Assembly (NCBI GenBank): GCA_965113315.1
Contig: OZ220372.1
Reading direction: 5' to 3' (one strand)
DNA from: Podarcis vaucheri
Lineage: Eukaryota
Length of the DNA stretch: 64,000 bases
In this document: positions 39,901 to 51,587 of the stretch, piece by piece
Position numbering within the stretch: the first letter of the stretch is position 1
Layout: every line of letters starts with the position of its first letter
The notes under the pieces: generated by a model
What the model was told of the DNA's origin: nothing
Seen by the model: only the letters and a program-made list of their open reading frames with translations
Database searches by the model: none
Position numbers and translations under genes: made by a program

Positions 39901-42900
39901 TCTCACCAATGTCATGCTCCTGGAGTAGTTTGTCCAGCTGTGGCAAGTACTGCACAATGAGATGCCGCAAGACGCGCTGGTCAGTCTGGACGCCCATCAG
40001 AGTAGTGTTGAAGTAGGAGGCCGGCACCAGGTCCTCAATGATAGCACACATCATCCAGAAGGCATCTTCCTCTTCTAAGAAAAGAAGTAAGGAAGCGACT
40101 ACCTAGCAGGAGAGGAAAACATGGAGATAAGCTGAAAAGCATCTGTAACAGCCCACTGGTGCCCTCCCTCACAGCAGCAGAATTTTAGGGATAGAAAGTA
40201 ATTAGCCATGGTGAGAACAGGATATTAGATGAGGAGGAGGATGCAAAGCAGCCTCATAGCTTCAGTAAAAGGATAATAATGGGATAATAGAAACCTCTGT
40301 GACTCCAGGAAAACTTATTTATTTGAGCTATTAATATACTGCTTAATTGCCAAAGTTCTTCTATAGGAGGGAGAAGGATCCTTGGGCTCAGGGTCAACTG
40401 TGGCCCTCCAATCCCCAGACCACATCCCTACCAGCCCTGCTTTGCACCCTCCTCAAGTCCCTTTGCTTGGTTGGAATGTGTCCTTGAACTATGATACTTG
40501 CCTGCCTGGGTAGAGAGGGGTGTGTCTAGGAAGCAGCTTACCACACAAAGGAACAGTGCACATTCGTTGCTCTGCACTGTTGGTTGTCCACTATTGACAT
40601 TTCACCCCTGGAAGGTTGATCAGAAGGAAATGCTGCCCTTATCATTTCTTTTTCCAAGTTTGTGCTTATTTTGTTCTCATTTATATGAAACTTCCATTTT
40701 CTGAAGGAAGTCTTATATTCCCCGCCCCCAAGTTTTCTCTACGAAATCAAACATGACTGTGCTAAACTTTTTTGGCGATTGTCCATCCGAATATATATGC
40801 TGAATTTTATAGTGCAGTTTAACGACACTTATATGTCACAAGAGGCCCTGAATACTACTTAAAATTAAGTGCAGGGTCATCTCCATGACCATCAGCTCTA
40901 GGGGACAGTCATTTAGTCTATCTAGTAATTGTACTTTTTTGTTGTTACGGGAACACACACTGATTCAACCTACGCGAGGATAACTGAAGTCACTCGTAAC
41001 TACATTTCCTCATTGGATGCAGCTTTTGATTTAATTCTCCATCTCCTAAACAACCAGAGCATTTTTGTCAGGCAGGCAATCACGCATCCCCAGAATTAAA
41101 TTACCCTTGGGCCTGGTAATTCTGTAGAGCAGTCTGCTGCTTTTGATATTTCTAGCTTGTTGGAATGGATGTCCTCGGGTGTACAGAGTGATACCGCCTC
41201 CAGTTCACCCTTACTTGCACTTCCTAAAGGGTTAGTATCTGTAGACTGACTTGTCCGCCAGTTTTCCACTGCATAACTGTGGGCCACTCTCTCAATGTGA
41301 GCCAAGTTGGGAGCTTGTGCTGCAGGCTGGCTTACATATGATTTAAATAAATTCTAAACAGAGTTATGAATAGGGAGCAATGTAGCACAAGTTCATAGAG
41401 TAACTTTGATTCTAACCTATGGTGCTAGTAACTTGGCTCGTCAGAGGTAGCTCAAGAGCCTTTGGTGATCCCTGCCACTCAAACGGCCTTCATTTCTCCC
41501 CATCACAAAGACCTCGATCGAGCTGCAGTGAATATTACATGGGCAAAGGGGGGGGGGGTGTTGCTGAAAATGGCACATTCCCCCTGCTGAAACATATAGG
41601 ACATCCAACTGCGCAGATGACTGTAGGAATCTCCATTTCCCTACTTCCAATTCTTGGTGGCTGTTTCTGAGGATGTGGAGGTTCTCCAAGTTACAGTGGC
41701 TATACCTGAAACAGGCTACTTTATGGCTTACAGCTGGGTGTTAGCAAAAACTCACCATGGTCATCCTACTCCTGGCTGGAGTAATATATTATGTTTAGTG
41801 GTGTCATCACCTCTGCAGTAAACTTATTTTATTATTTCTACTGGATAAAAAAAAGTATGTTGCTGCCTGTACAGGTACCTGTGAATTCCTCTCACCTGCT
41901 GTGAGCAGATTCCCAAGGGAAACAATAACAGCTCACATATAATAACAATAGGAGAGGTTTATTTACCATGCCAGTGCCTTGACAATAGCCTATTTCGGGA
42001 TACAGCCAGGCCAGGCCCCGGAGAATTCTGCGTAGTCGCGGCACTCCAATACTATTCATGTTGGAAAAGCAGGCATTGCTGGGCATGGTGCGGAGCAAGT
42101 CTTTCTCAATCTAACAGAAATCAAGTATCACAGATTAGCATTCTAGACTCAGTTAGCAATTATCTTCCCCATCTTCTTTTTTCTTTCTCTAGTCCCCTGG
42201 GCTGTCCTTACATTCTTTGCACCCCCCCCCCAAAGTAGGCCTGTAGTCTGAGGCTGCCACTTCACCTCAGAATGGAAGCCTCACAAAGAGCATGCAAACT
42301 TCCATCCGTTCAGTATAAGGCCTCATCTGCAACCTGAAGTGAACTGCTCAAAGTGAGTGAGTAAGCAGCACATCTCTTACTGCACGCTCAAGATAAAAAT
42401 GTACCAAATAGTACTGGGTTTTATGTGCCAATGCACATTCTAGCAGTCCCCCCGCCAAAGCAGCCTGGATGAGACCCTGACTTCCACAAACAGTATCAAT
42501 GGTGCCATTGTGAGAGGGCCTATTAGCATCTCCTGATGTTATCGGACTTCGGCTCCCAGCAGAATGGCTAGAGATGATAGGAGCTGCAGTCCAAAACATC
42601 TGGACGATGCCAGGCTACCAAAGCCTTAAGGGTTGACATTTGCTTCAGAAGCCTTACCCAGTTCCAAAGTCTGTCTTGGATGCCTCTACTCTATGCTTCT
42701 CTTTCTTCCTGTCTACTTGAAGCAAAAAAATATTTACCTTCCAACGACTGGGGACAGAATTAGTTACAATGGGGGGGGGAGGAAGGCTCAACTTTAGTGG
42801 CCTATATGCACCTTGCAAAAGGTATGATGAGATCTGAAGGAGGCACTCACAGCGCTATAAATGGCACCTCCCCTTTTGCTTTCTTTATAAAGTTGCCTCG

Positions 42901-45900
42901 TCTTCCCCACCAGTTTTACAAAGTCCTGTCCCCTTCATTAGGTTGTTGGTGTTTGTCCTTAATGGGCTGAGAATCACTCATTAATCTAAGGGCAGGTGTA
43001 CCTCATATCTTTAAAGCACATCTAATGCATGTTTAAAACACATGGCTTTTCCCAAACATTCATGGGAACTATAGTTTGTCAGGGATGCTGGAAATTGTGC
43101 CTCTACGAGGGGGAAACTACACTTTGCAGGATTCTTTGGGGAAAGTCATGTGCATTAAATGCGTGTTGGATGTACTTTAAAGGTATGGTGTGAATCTGCC
43201 CTAAGAGTCTGAGGATTAAAAGTTAGGACTCAGTGGTGCTATTTGGAGCTTAAGACACACAACCTTGTATAGTGATCTCCAGACTACTTCTTCACATTTT
43301 GTTCAGTGTTTATATCCAATAGCAAGAGTCTGAGCAAAGCGCCTCATGAATACATGTTAGTGCATCAACAGAATAATATTTTATGCAAACTCTATACCTA
43401 AAGGGTAATTAGCTGCTGCTGAGTGGCAAGAAGATTTGTGCTGGCTGAGAGAGATGTTTACAAAGTTCTGTACCTAGACCTCAAAACTTCCTACTTTCTA
43501 ACGATTGAAGATTTTATTCTTTTCCTTTTAGCATGATGGCAGCAAGTGTGCAACACCCCCACCCCTCTTTGTTCTACATAAACTTTAAATCCACAGAGGT
43601 GATGTGTGGTAGTAAATCCCTTCTTGGCCAATATCAGGAGGAACGTTGTGTGCCAATCCCTCTAAGCTCATTTTCAGCACTAGAAGAGAACTACCAACTC
43701 CGAGAAACTGAGTGGGTAACCCCCTCCTTCTCTCAATCGCTGCTCTTAATCTTCCCTTTCTTCCACCCACCTGATACAGTGCCCTTTCTTGAGCCCCAAG
43801 AACTAACCAAAGTACCCACTTGTTTGGCAGCAATGGTTTCATCATTTGAGCTGTTCTTCACAATTTCCCGATATGACATTTCAGAATTTCGCTTCTTCTG
43901 CAGAGCACCTGACAGTCTCATCCACAGCTGGGTGAAATGAAGGAAGGAAAGAAAGAAAGGGTTTTATAATTAAGACAGGAAACCTCACCAGCAAGCTCTC
44001 CTCCCCTTCATGATTAACCAGGAATGCTTCACCTGTGGCCTCATGCTATGAGGAATGCCAGCCAACACCAATGATCGCAGCTTGTCGGAACGTGGAAGTG
44101 TGACTTCTATCTTGTCCCAGGTGAGGTCCCCCACGTCATGGTTGTGTGTGAATTCCAAGTGGGCCTGCCATTTCAGCCTGTGCTGCGGCTCTTCAACCAG
44201 TGGGATCCCCAAGAGCTTGCTAGAGTTTGGCTCCGCGCCATCTGTAGCAAAGAACACCAGCTTTAGGTGTGGGGAAGAAAGTAGCAAGTAGCCTTCTACA
44301 TCTGAAAAATAATAATTCCTTGAAAAGCTGGACTTTACAATCTAGAGTGTCAAGAATTCAGTTGTGCATGCTTGGGCAAGTGTATAACCAAGTTCCAATT
44401 CTGATCCCAAAGCATGCACAGACCACCACCGTTGGTGATGTTGAAAAATCCACTCTGACAGTCCCTTATGAGGTATATGGGCACCAGCCAGTTGAAATTC
44501 AAACAGGGAAATGAAGGTGTTTACTTTTCCATTTGAACATTTGTATTCTGGCTCATATGAAATGCCTAAGGTGGCTAGCTGTCCTAATATTTATTATTTG
44601 CATATAGATTTCTATACCACTAAATCTTCTGAAAACAATGTATACAAATAATAATTTTATTATTGATACCCCGCCCATCTGGCTGTGCTTCCCCAGTTAC
44701 TCTAGGCGGCTTCCAGCAGCTGTCCAGGGTTTCCGACTCTGCTGGTTTCAAGAACTTGAGCCCAGACAAACATGTAGATGGATTACAGCTTTAAAATACA
44801 TATGAGCAATACCCTGATCCTATCCTGGTTGTCACCTCCATGTCTTTTCAAGAAGGAAAAGCTGCTGTTTACATACATGTGCACTGTTCCTAAATGACAC
44901 ATTACCAAGAATGTTATCATGTTAGTAAAGCCTGAAGTTAATTTCTTTAGAGGTCAACTGCTTTCAAAGCACCACCAGAATCAAGAGTTGGAAAGGGACT
45001 GCTGGGAATAAGTGACTTCTGAAGCAGAGCCCCAGGAAGATCTTGTCACAAGTTACACCACAGAAATAAAAGGCCTTGCCTTCTTTGTCTACTCGGAAAC
45101 CAAATTCATCATACCGGAACTCTGGCTGTTCAACAGATTCTTCTTTCTGGAAAACCGAAGAAAAGAATTGCTTTCCATTCTTTGCCACTAGGTGGTACAA
45201 CACTTTTACACACTGCAGGCATCCAAAATAAAAATGGGAGCACTCTATGCATTTGTGCTGTACTCTTATAGCCTATATAAATAACTTCCACAGTAAATCT
45301 AGGAAGAACGTGTTGGGAAGATATTTCCACTGGAGATTTTTTGCCTTGCTTCTCCCAACCTTAACCCCTTCTCATTATTTAAAAGGCATCAAAATCCTAG
45401 AGACTGATGATTTGGTCACTCATTGGCTCAGTCTACATATTATTCTATGTGTACATATACTGTATGCACAGGAAATACCGCTCCCATTTATGTTTCTCCA
45501 TGTGTGTGCATCCTTAGCAATGCTTCTCACAACTACTCTTATAGTCTAGACACAATTAATACTTCGAATTCTGTACTGTTTAAACCACTTAAGCACAATA
45601 TTGTCCCAAAGTCTAACATGCTAAGATTAGTACCAAAGCTGTCCCAGTTTCTTTTGGATGTAAAGATCTACCACAGAATTCCTGATTCAACCTGGGGATT
45701 GCTGTTAATCCAGATGGCCCCAGAAAGCATTTGTCAGCCTAACCCTGTTGCCTTTGAATGTGAGTTTTGAGCATCACCAAGCAGTTGTACATATAACAGT
45801 GCCTATCATACAAGCAGCTGCTCAGCTGGAATCTTATTTATTTTATCAGTGTAAGGGTTCCTTCCTGGCAGCCTTTATCCCAATGGACTCTATGTTTCAC

Positions 45901-47526
45901 AGCTGATTTTTCATTTTATATGTTGTGCCAGGCACATGCACTTCTAATTAAATTTATAGGCTATTCATGTGTGAAACCTTTGGCAAGGTCTCAAGAGCGT
46001 GGCTTCCACTACCCAGTCTTTTTAAAGGGGTATACACAGCCACCAGAAGTATTTTATACCCTGGCTTCTTTACCCAAATGTAAGACATAATGCAAGATCA
46101 GACATAACTTGTGTTTAGGTTACCAGCTAATAAACTATTAGAGTCAGGCTCTATATCAGATTTTGCCAGCAGTGCCAATTTACCTGGGAGCTCCATTCAT
46201 GCTAGAATGAATGCAGCTGCTGAACCAGCAATTAATTGCCACAAATGCCTAGAAGGGTACTTGAAGACACATACAAACATTCATAATGTACACTACTGTT
46301 TACTATTCAACAATGAAAGAGAAATTAGGTGCAATACTTATTATTTCACTTTGTCTTATAGTAGTACCTGGGCATATTTTGCCAAGATCTCCTGAGGCCA
46401 TATGCTGGGTGTGAGAGCAGAGAAGGACCCACCAGCAGTAGGGGTACAGCTTCCTATATGTAAAAACATTGCAAACATACGCAACAATGGAACACAAGGG
46501 ACAGGAAAGTCACACTAACACTTCTGTGATTAGCCAGTCCTAAAACACTTCACGAGACTCTGTCCCCAGTTTTGTGCTATTAAAAGTCCAGAAATCACCA
46601 TAAGCAAACTGTGGACACATGGAAACATGGAAAAGCAACTGAATTATGCAGGATAGCCCAAGTAACTCAGATATGTATGTAGGATTAAATTCATTTTTCA
46701 CAAGCATGGGAATAACTATTGTTCTAGAAGGGGTGGGGGGAACAGATGGAAAATTCCTCTGAATATACCATGTGAACCCCAATTATTCTCAAACCTTTGG
46801 AGTGCTAAAATTTAAATACACTTCTTTCAGCACAGCTTCTTACTGTCTTCTTTTATTGGCAACCAGGAAAGTATTCCTAATGTATTGTAAACCAGTCATG
46901 GCCTTGCTAGAGATCTTTACTCAGACCCAGACTTTCTGCAAGCAGAAAAGCTACTCATACTATGGGGCCTTTGTTCCCCTTTCTTTTCTGACCCATCCCA
47001 AAAAGCTGCTTGTGAGGGTTAGGGATACCTTCAGAATGGCACAGGAGGGAGTACAGAACACAGCGGGAGGGGAGAAACTGCAAGAATCCAACCACTGACA
47101 CATTCAAGCTTCTTCCTCATTGTGCATTCCCCCATCTACTGCAATCTCCCATACTCCATCCCTCCTGAGCAGCTTTGGGGGGCAAAAGGGACTGCAATAG
47201 GGAGGGAAAGGTGGGAACAAATGGCCTTCCACTCAAAAATCTGGATCAAGTCAGTGATTTACATATTCTGTTCTTGTAAATATGGTAGTGTTAACTGAGT
47301 TTTCTGCCTGAGAGCTAGAGAAAAGTAAGTGAAAAGATGCCTGTGATTCTATGTGTCCAATCTGATGAGCTGCCTCTCTGAAGTTTCAAAACACTACATG
47401 ACACATGTAGCTAACTGGAATAAAGTTAACAACACTGGTATGGTTGGCTTGGTCTTTTCTTAAAATTGGAAGGATTTTGATAAAGTATCAAAATTACTAA
47501 TAATTGATTAAGGGCTTACCTGACAT
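30854..47526 (-). CDS. SGSM3: Small G protein signaling modulator 3 (RUTBC3; TBC-SH3-RUN), complete spliced CDS, 21 coding exons, 751 aa
   Basis: complement join(47520-47526,46368-46453,45080-45146,44033-44241,43820-43927,41967-42110,39907-40102,39079-39224,38302-38526,37668-37722,35819-35946,35439-35594,35133-35187,34907-34956,34063-34215,33809-33879,33228-33276,32863-32948,32500-32622,31180-31240,30854-30934) = 2256 nt. Kozak gccaccATG. TBC motifs IEKDLLRT and GYCQG, SH3 ALLDF...[11 protein letters not shown] domain, ends [10 protein letters not shown]. Confidence 0.96.
31180..31240 (-). CDS. SGSM3: SGSM3 penultimate exon
   Basis: ttgcag|AGTCC...GAGAG|gtaagc; [20 protein letters not shown]. 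Confidence 0.93.
32500..32622 (-). CDS. SGSM3: SGSM3 exon, RUN domain
   Basis: ttccag|TGAGC...CTCAG|gtgggt; [14 protein letters not shown]...[17 protein letters not shown]. Confidence 0.94.
32863..32948 (-). CDS. SGSM3: SGSM3 exon, RUN domain
   Basis: ttgcag|GCGGTG...CTGAA|gtgagt; [17 protein letters not shown]. Confidence 0.94.
33228..33276 (-). CDS. SGSM3: SGSM3 exon, RUN domain
   Basis: ttctag|GTTGG...ATCGG|gtaaga; [16 protein letters not shown]. Confidence 0.94.
33809..33879 (-). CDS. SGSM3: SGSM3 exon, RUN domain
   Basis: atctag|GCTGCT...TACAG|gtaaat; [20 protein letters not shown]. Confidence 0.94.
34063..34215 (-). CDS. SGSM3: SGSM3 exon, RUN domain
   Basis: tccaag|TATTCC...AAGAG|gtaaga; [14 protein letters not shown]...CHPWLFIEE. 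Confidence 0.94.
34907..34956 (-). CDS. SGSM3: SGSM3 exon, SH3 end
   Basis: ttatag|GTTGG...AAGAG|gtaaag; [17 protein letters not shown]. Confidence 0.94.
35133..35187 (-). CDS. SGSM3: SGSM3 exon, SH3
   Basis: ctgcag|ATCATC...GAGAG|gtaagt; [18 protein letters not shown]. Confidence 0.94.
35439..35594 (-). CDS. SGSM3: SGSM3 exon, start of SH3
   Basis: aaccag|GATTTG...TCACG|gtacga; [25 protein letters not shown]. Confidence 0.95.
35819..35946 (-). CDS. SGSM3: SGSM3 exon (coiled coil)
   Basis: ttccag|GGGAAG...GCATA|gtgagt; [20 protein letters not shown]. Confidence 0.95.
37668..37722 (-). CDS. SGSM3: SGSM3 exon ([19 protein letters not shown])
   Basis: tctcag|ATTGTG...TTTTG|gtaagg. Confidence 0.93.
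37829..37870. repeat. Compound (CATA)n(CGTA)n microsatellite, probably the tail of a decayed minus-strand LINE end
   Basis: direct reading. Confidence 0.7.
38302..38526 (-). CDS. SGSM3: SGSM3 exon
   Basis: acgcag|GAAGAT...CAAAG|gtttgt; [14 protein letters not shown]. Confidence 0.95.
39079..39224 (-). CDS. SGSM3: SGSM3 exon, TBC
   Basis: tcacag|AGCTC...TGAAG|gtaacc; [27 protein letters not shown]. Confidence 0.95.
39907..40102 (-). CDS. SGSM3: SGSM3 exon, TBC
   Basis: tgctag|GTAGTC...CATTG|gtgaga; [16 protein letters not shown]. Confidence 0.95.
41967..42110 (-). CDS. SGSM3: SGSM3 exon, TBC catalytic motifs
   Basis: tgttag|ATTGAG...GCATG|gtaaat; [10 protein letters not shown]...GYCQGTGM. 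Confidence 0.96.
42990..43201. mobile_element. Palindromic PIF/Harbinger-like MITE
   Basis: About 85-bp imperfect inverted arms starting GGGCAG; TAA on both sides. Confidence 0.75.
43820..43927 (-). CDS. SGSM3: SGSM3 exon ([12 protein letters not shown]...)
   Basis: acccag|CTGTGG...AACAA|gtgggt. Confidence 0.95.
44033..44241 (-). CDS. SGSM3: SGSM3 exon (start of TBC region)
   Basis: ctacag|ATGGC...CACAG|gtgaag; [23 protein letters not shown]...GIPHSMRPQ. Confidence 0.95.
45080..45146 (-). CDS. SGSM3: SGSM3 exon ([22 protein letters not shown]), GC donor
   Basis: ttccag|AAAGAA...AGAAG|gcaagg. Confidence 0.9.
46368..46453 (-). CDS. SGSM3: SGSM3 exon ([29 protein letters not shown])
   Basis: atatag|GAAGC...CCCAG|gtacta. 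Confidence 0.93.
47520..47526 (-). CDS. SGSM3: SGSM3 start exon coding part (ATGTCAG); exon probably spans 47520-47582
   Basis: ctgccaccATGTCAG|gtaagc; upstream acceptor gtaacag|GGCAG at 47582. Confidence 0.88.
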
Positions 47527-49728
47527 GGTGGCAGTGGAACGTGGGCAATGGTGGCTATTTTACTCTTCAGAAGGTCACTGCCCTGTTACAACATAGATGC
47601 AGGCATAACACAGAAAGAATAAAGCAATTAATCTTGGGACCAACAAACTATGCATAACAAGTATAGTTTATTCACAGTTAGCTGCTCTCTAATCAGAACC
47701 AACACTAGTTAAAGCAATCCCTACCAAATAAACTTATTTCTATGTTCCAAGAGTAACTCTATGTCAGGAGTCAACACATAAAGGAATCCATTCAAGTGCA
47801 GGAGATGAAGTATTGGACTTCAAATGTCTGCCCAGCTATCTTTACAGAATAACCATGGGTATGTTTACATCTTGGTTAGTGTAATGTATACATGCAGGCC
47901 CTACTTATCAAAGGCAATGTGTTCCCGGGAAACCGTTTGTTAGACGAGAGTTCACATAACAAGTCCACGATTTACATTATTTCTTTTGGAAATATTTCTA
48001 ATGCAGGATGTGTCTGATCTCCTTTCCCCATTTCTCCATGGTTTCTTCCTGAAATGGCTGCAGTCCATCAGCAAAAGAGAGACAAATAAAAACAAACAAA
48101 TTTATCCAATCTCTCCTGCTCCCATCTCCCTCTGTCCATTGTTTCTGTCTGAAAACGGCTGCCTCCAGACAGCAAAGCACAAACAAGGAAATAAGGAAAC
48201 CAAATGTTCGGATATCTGAATCTGCAGTGCATATAATGAAGTTTGGGCATAATTCTTTATATGTAGATAAGTGAATTTTAAGATAGCAAGTGTACAGATA
48301 GCAAGGCCTGCATGTATATGTTTGTCCTAGCACACATTATGTCTGATCTTGCATTATGTTTGTCCTAGCACTTAAACTGCCGCTGGTGTAGTTTTCCAGC
48401 ATTATGGGGCAGGTCTAAATGTTATGCTTTAAATTAAAAGTAACAGAATGCGTATAGCTTCCTATAATTAAAGCATGAAGATGGAAGTATTGACAAGCAG
48501 GATATGGTAGCATTTAATTTAACGATTCAGTTACACAAGTCTAGCTAAGGGAGTCACCATGACACTTTATGTCCATTTCATCATCATCATCATCATCATT
48601 ATACCCCGCCCATCTGTCTGGGTCTCCCCAGCCATTCTGGGCAGCTTACAGCACACAAACAATGTAAAACATTAGACTTCAGATTTTCAACTCCAACCTT
48701 TCCAGAGAAATGTTAACACCATTGACTGTCTCTGTAAAAATAATATATGGTGTTCCCTACACAGGTTTCCCTTGACAGCTAGTAGTTGGTATATGCCAGG
48801 GGTGGAAACCTGTGGCCCTCCATACACTGCTGGACTTCAGCGCCCAACAGTTGCAACCAATGGCTAGGAATTATGGGAGGTGCAGTCCTACATCACCTGG
48901 GGGGCCAACAGTTCCCCATTACTGGTGTTTACTATCAAATATAAATACAAACCTGACACAGTAGCCCTCAGAGGTTCACTGCCTGTTGCTTTTCCCAAGC
49001 AAAAGCAGACATTGCCGGGACTGAAATGGTTCAGAATCTCCACGTTGGCGGCTACTGCAAGAAACAAGTCAAACAGACCTTCACAAAGATGAGCAGTGAC
49101 AAATTCTTTTGTTTCTAAATTTGAAAACCTGTTCAAGTTTCTCGATATTTGAACACACTTTCTCGATACAGTTTTCTCACCTGTCACTTTCACTCTGAGT
49201 AGCAGCAAGAAGTGAAAACAACTTTCTTGAAAAGTTGCATTTCCTCACAACTTGAATACATTATCAAAATGTTGTTACACTGGAAGACCTCTTGGTCACT
49301 AAGGGATTTGTATGGTGGCCTAGTTACTCTTGGGCTTGATTTCCATTTTTCAGACCAGGAAATCTCAAGGAACTATTCCAAGGAAAGAATGAGAAAAAAA
49401 TTCTAGAGAACCCTATATGTTCAAAGAACTACATAAATTATTATAAATAATATGGTAGTCCAAGGCTGCCTAGACTATCATGTTCATAAATCAATTTTGC
49501 AGCATTCTACTAATCCCTGGCTCTGCTGCATTTTGGGGCTGCCTGCATGGCTCCTGAGCAGTATCTACAACATGGAAGAAAACTATCTAAAGTTTTGAGG
49601 TGACTGTCGGAAACATCATTTGAAAAGTTTTTTTTAAAACCTGCGGAAAATTAAACCAATGTTGGATGGACATTTTTGGCTCAGTCCTAATTCATATACA
49701 GAGACACTTTTTCACTCCTATGAAGATC

Positions 49729-50360
49729 TATTATCATCATTATTACTAAAATTTGTTTACTGCCTTTCATCTGAAGATCATAGCATAGAAATACAAAATG
49801 AGAGCGCAAAATACATAATAAAACAAAAACCAAACAACAAATCCATAATCCCCATCCCACACACACATTTAAAAGGCCATGGAATGTTAATCAGCCAACG
49901 GCCTGGTTATAGAGAAATGTTTTCGCCTGGCACCTAAAGATATGTAATGAGGGCACCAGGCAAGCTCTAAACAGCTTGGGACACAGATATCTGCAAGAAT
50001 GCCTTCTTGAATAATAGCTTGCCCATGTTTCAAGATCAGCAGATGAGTCCTCGTGGTGCCCTCTTCTCAGGATGAGGTATGTGGAAAAAGGCATTTGCAG
50101 TGGCAGCTCCTTTTATGTTGAGCTCCCTCCCTATCAAGGTGCATTTGGCCTCACCTTTGGCAGATAGTTCAGCTGCACCTTTTTTAGCAGGTGCCTGAAG
50201 AGGGAAGGACCTGATTGCTGCTGCTATTAGCAATTGCACTACAGTGATTTGTTATGTGCTTATATGGATTGTGTTATTTTATGGATTTTATGCATTGCGT
50301 TATCAATTTGCCTGTTATAAACTGCCCTGTGACTTTTGCAAAGGATAGTGTATCTAAATA
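49729..50360. mobile_element. Two decayed L2-like 3' fragments back to back
   Basis: Minus-strand tail at about 49729-49980 and plus-strand 3' region at about 49985-50360; recognised by family-typical tails only. Confidence 0.45.
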
Positions 50361-51222
50361 GATACAATACTCAGATGTCTACTCAGAAGTAAGTCTTACA
50401 GAATTCAATGAGGCTTACTCCCAGGTTTGTGGGGTTAGGATTGCAGACTAACAAATCCATTGTCACAGACAAGAGTACTCCAATATGGAATGTGAAAGAC
50501 AATATGTATCGGAGAAAGTCATATTGCCAAGGTCCTTTTCAGACTAAAGTAATAAAGGCAGTTATGTGAGAATTTCTTTCTCCTCTCAAATAATAGGCAG
50601 CCATGTCTAATGTGTTGCGTGATCACCAGCCCACTCCTCCTACCTATTCCCTCCCACCCCTGCACAGCTCACTAAACTTATTCATAAATAGCTGAATATT
50701 AAATAAACTGAACTAGGTGGGCAGGTTTTTCCTGCCTTTGGTTGCTATGGAGCATTCCTTAGCAACTGCTTTCAAGACCTGACAAAGAGGAAGAGATGCA
50801 GACAAACACAGCACTGCTAAAGGAAAGTTGCAAAAGAGGGTGGATGAATCACACCTGGTGACCAGAAAGGGGCCATAAATTGGGATGCAAGGAAGGAGGA
50901 CACTAAGTTATGGGAAGCCAGACATCTAGGGTTTATAGAATAAAGGTGTCAGTCTTATACTAAACTCCTTTCTCAAGCAGAGCTGTTCTATTAAGCTTCT
51001 ACCTGTAAAAAAAATATTGATGGTTTTCATAAGTCTATTAAATATTTAGTGCTGCTTTTGAGAGCTGAAAAAACAAGGGAACAACATTAATGCTATCTCA
51101 ACTCTCTACAAAGATAAATATCAGTTCACTCCATTAAAAATCCTTCACATAGCTGGACATTAATGTCAACAGGTGATATCCAATGTTAGTGATAATCACT
51201 CAGTTTAGGTCTACCTAAATAT

Positions 51223-51587
51223 GACGCGGGTGGCGCTGTGGGTAAAAGCCTCAGTGCCTAGGGCTTGCCGATCGAAAGGTCGGCGGTTCGAATCCCCGCG
51301 GCGAGGTGCGCTCCCGCTGCTCGGTCCCAGCGCCTGCCAACCTAGCAGTTCGAAAGCACCCCCGGGTGCAAGTAGATAAATAGGGACCGCTTACTGGCGG
51401 GAAAGTAAACGGCGTTTCCGTGTGCTGCGCTGGCTCGCCAGATGCAGCTTTGTCACGCTGACCACGTGACCCGGAAGTGTCTCCGGACAGCGCTGGTCCC
51501 CAGCCTCTTAAGTGAGATGGGCGCACAACCCTAGAGTCTGTCAAGACTGGCCTGTACGGGCAGGGGTACCTTTACCTTTACCTTACC
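51223..51587 (+). mobile_element. Sauria SINE, full length, young (CpG retained)
   Basis: Head GACGCGGGTGGCGCTGTGG, B box GGTTCGAATCCC, (ACCTTT)n tail, short flanking duplication AAATAT. Confidence 0.93.

Noticed and set aside
51223-51300. tRNA gene (A and B boxes); similar heads at about 12770, 4250, 8820 and 19500
   Set aside because: These are SINE heads followed by SINE bodies and tails, with no full cloverleaf.
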